Assembly (NCBI GenBank): GCA_965205025.1
Contig: CBDBFU010000008.1
Coordinates: 1-26,794, forward strand
Reading direction: 5' to 3'
DNA: 26,794 nt
Origin: Candidatus Poribacteria bacterium
Lineage (GTDB): Bacteria; Poribacteria; WGA-4E; WGA-3G
The position numbers were made by a program, and so were the translations under genes. Shown piece after piece: positions 26,384-26,794 of the stretch. The notes beneath the pieces are model-generated. The model searched no databases. It had not been told where the DNA came from and saw only the letters and a list, made by a program, of their open reading frames with translations. The number at the start of each line of letters is the position of its first letter. Position 1 is the first letter of the stretch.

Positions 26384-26794
26384 TTATAAAATACCGAGCG
26401 GCGGTGTAACAGTAATTTCCTCTGTGACCATTCCAATAGGCTGTTGACATATAGATAAAACAGTTTCTGCTACATGTTCAGGTTGAAGCATCTTATCAAA
26501 ATCAGGATGTTGGGGTATATTATCCCAGAAGGGTGTCTCAACAGATCCTGGTAATACTGCTGTCACACGTATATTCTGCTGTCTAACTTCTGCAGCTAAT
26601 ACCTTTGTTAACGCAAGTGCACCTGCTTTTGCTGCACAATATGCAGATGAAGCTTGAAAAGCCACTTTCGCTGCGATTGAAAGTACATTTATGATTTGTC
26701 CATCACCTTGGGAAATTAGTGTTGGGAGTGCATATTTTGTACAAAGGAAAAGACCTTTTAAATTTGAATTTATGACACTATCCCAATCTGAGAC
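26384..26794 (-). CDS. Short-chain dehydrogenase/reductase, 5' part outside the window
   Basis: Open from the window edge: WDSVINSNLKGLFL...GQIINVLSIAA...AYCAAK (YxxxK)...IRVTAVLPGSVET. Confidence 0.92.
   Translation of the reverse strand, partial: VSDWDSVINSNLKGLFLCTKYALPTLISQGDGQIINVLSIAAKVAFQASSAYCAAKAGALALTKVLAAEVRQQNIRVTAVLPGSVETPFWDNIPQHPDFDKMLQPEHVAETVLSICQQPIGMVTEEITVTPPLGIL

Overview
AT-rich bacterial chromosomal window, most likely Candidatus Poribacteria. This is inferred from the C-terminal 'VExxxKLxTxWGxI/LK' tails and the 'LLQNFPNPFNPETWIPF' Ig-like CTD, not from a search. The left half (1-13.4 kb) is a cell-envelope/secreted-protein cluster. On the minus strand it has a frameshifted beta-propeller lipoprotein and a DUF5060/DUF4038-type glycoside-hydrolase-like protein with PKD and LamG domains. 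On the plus strand it has two paralogous small lipoproteins, each behind an identical sigma-54 (-24/-12) promoter box, a LamG protein and a TolB-like propeller sharing a short C-terminal WG motif, a 1113-aa probable outer-membrane beta-barrel with a Ca-binding acidic insert, and a WD40 protein carrying the same motif plus an Ig-like CTD. This block is the best candidate for an undescribed system: a sigma-54-linked lipoprotein/barrel/tail-tagged cargo module. Intergenic DNA is full of nested small mobile elements (MITEs, GTAG-type REP hairpins, and a frameshifted IS982 inside a MITE). The right half is mostly housekeeping and metabolic: radC with an insertion, rlmB, a small CxxC protein, iolD, iolC, a soluble Ser/Thr kinase with DFS and helical repeats, an Eda-type aldolase, two tandem CNNM/CorC genes and a partial SDR.
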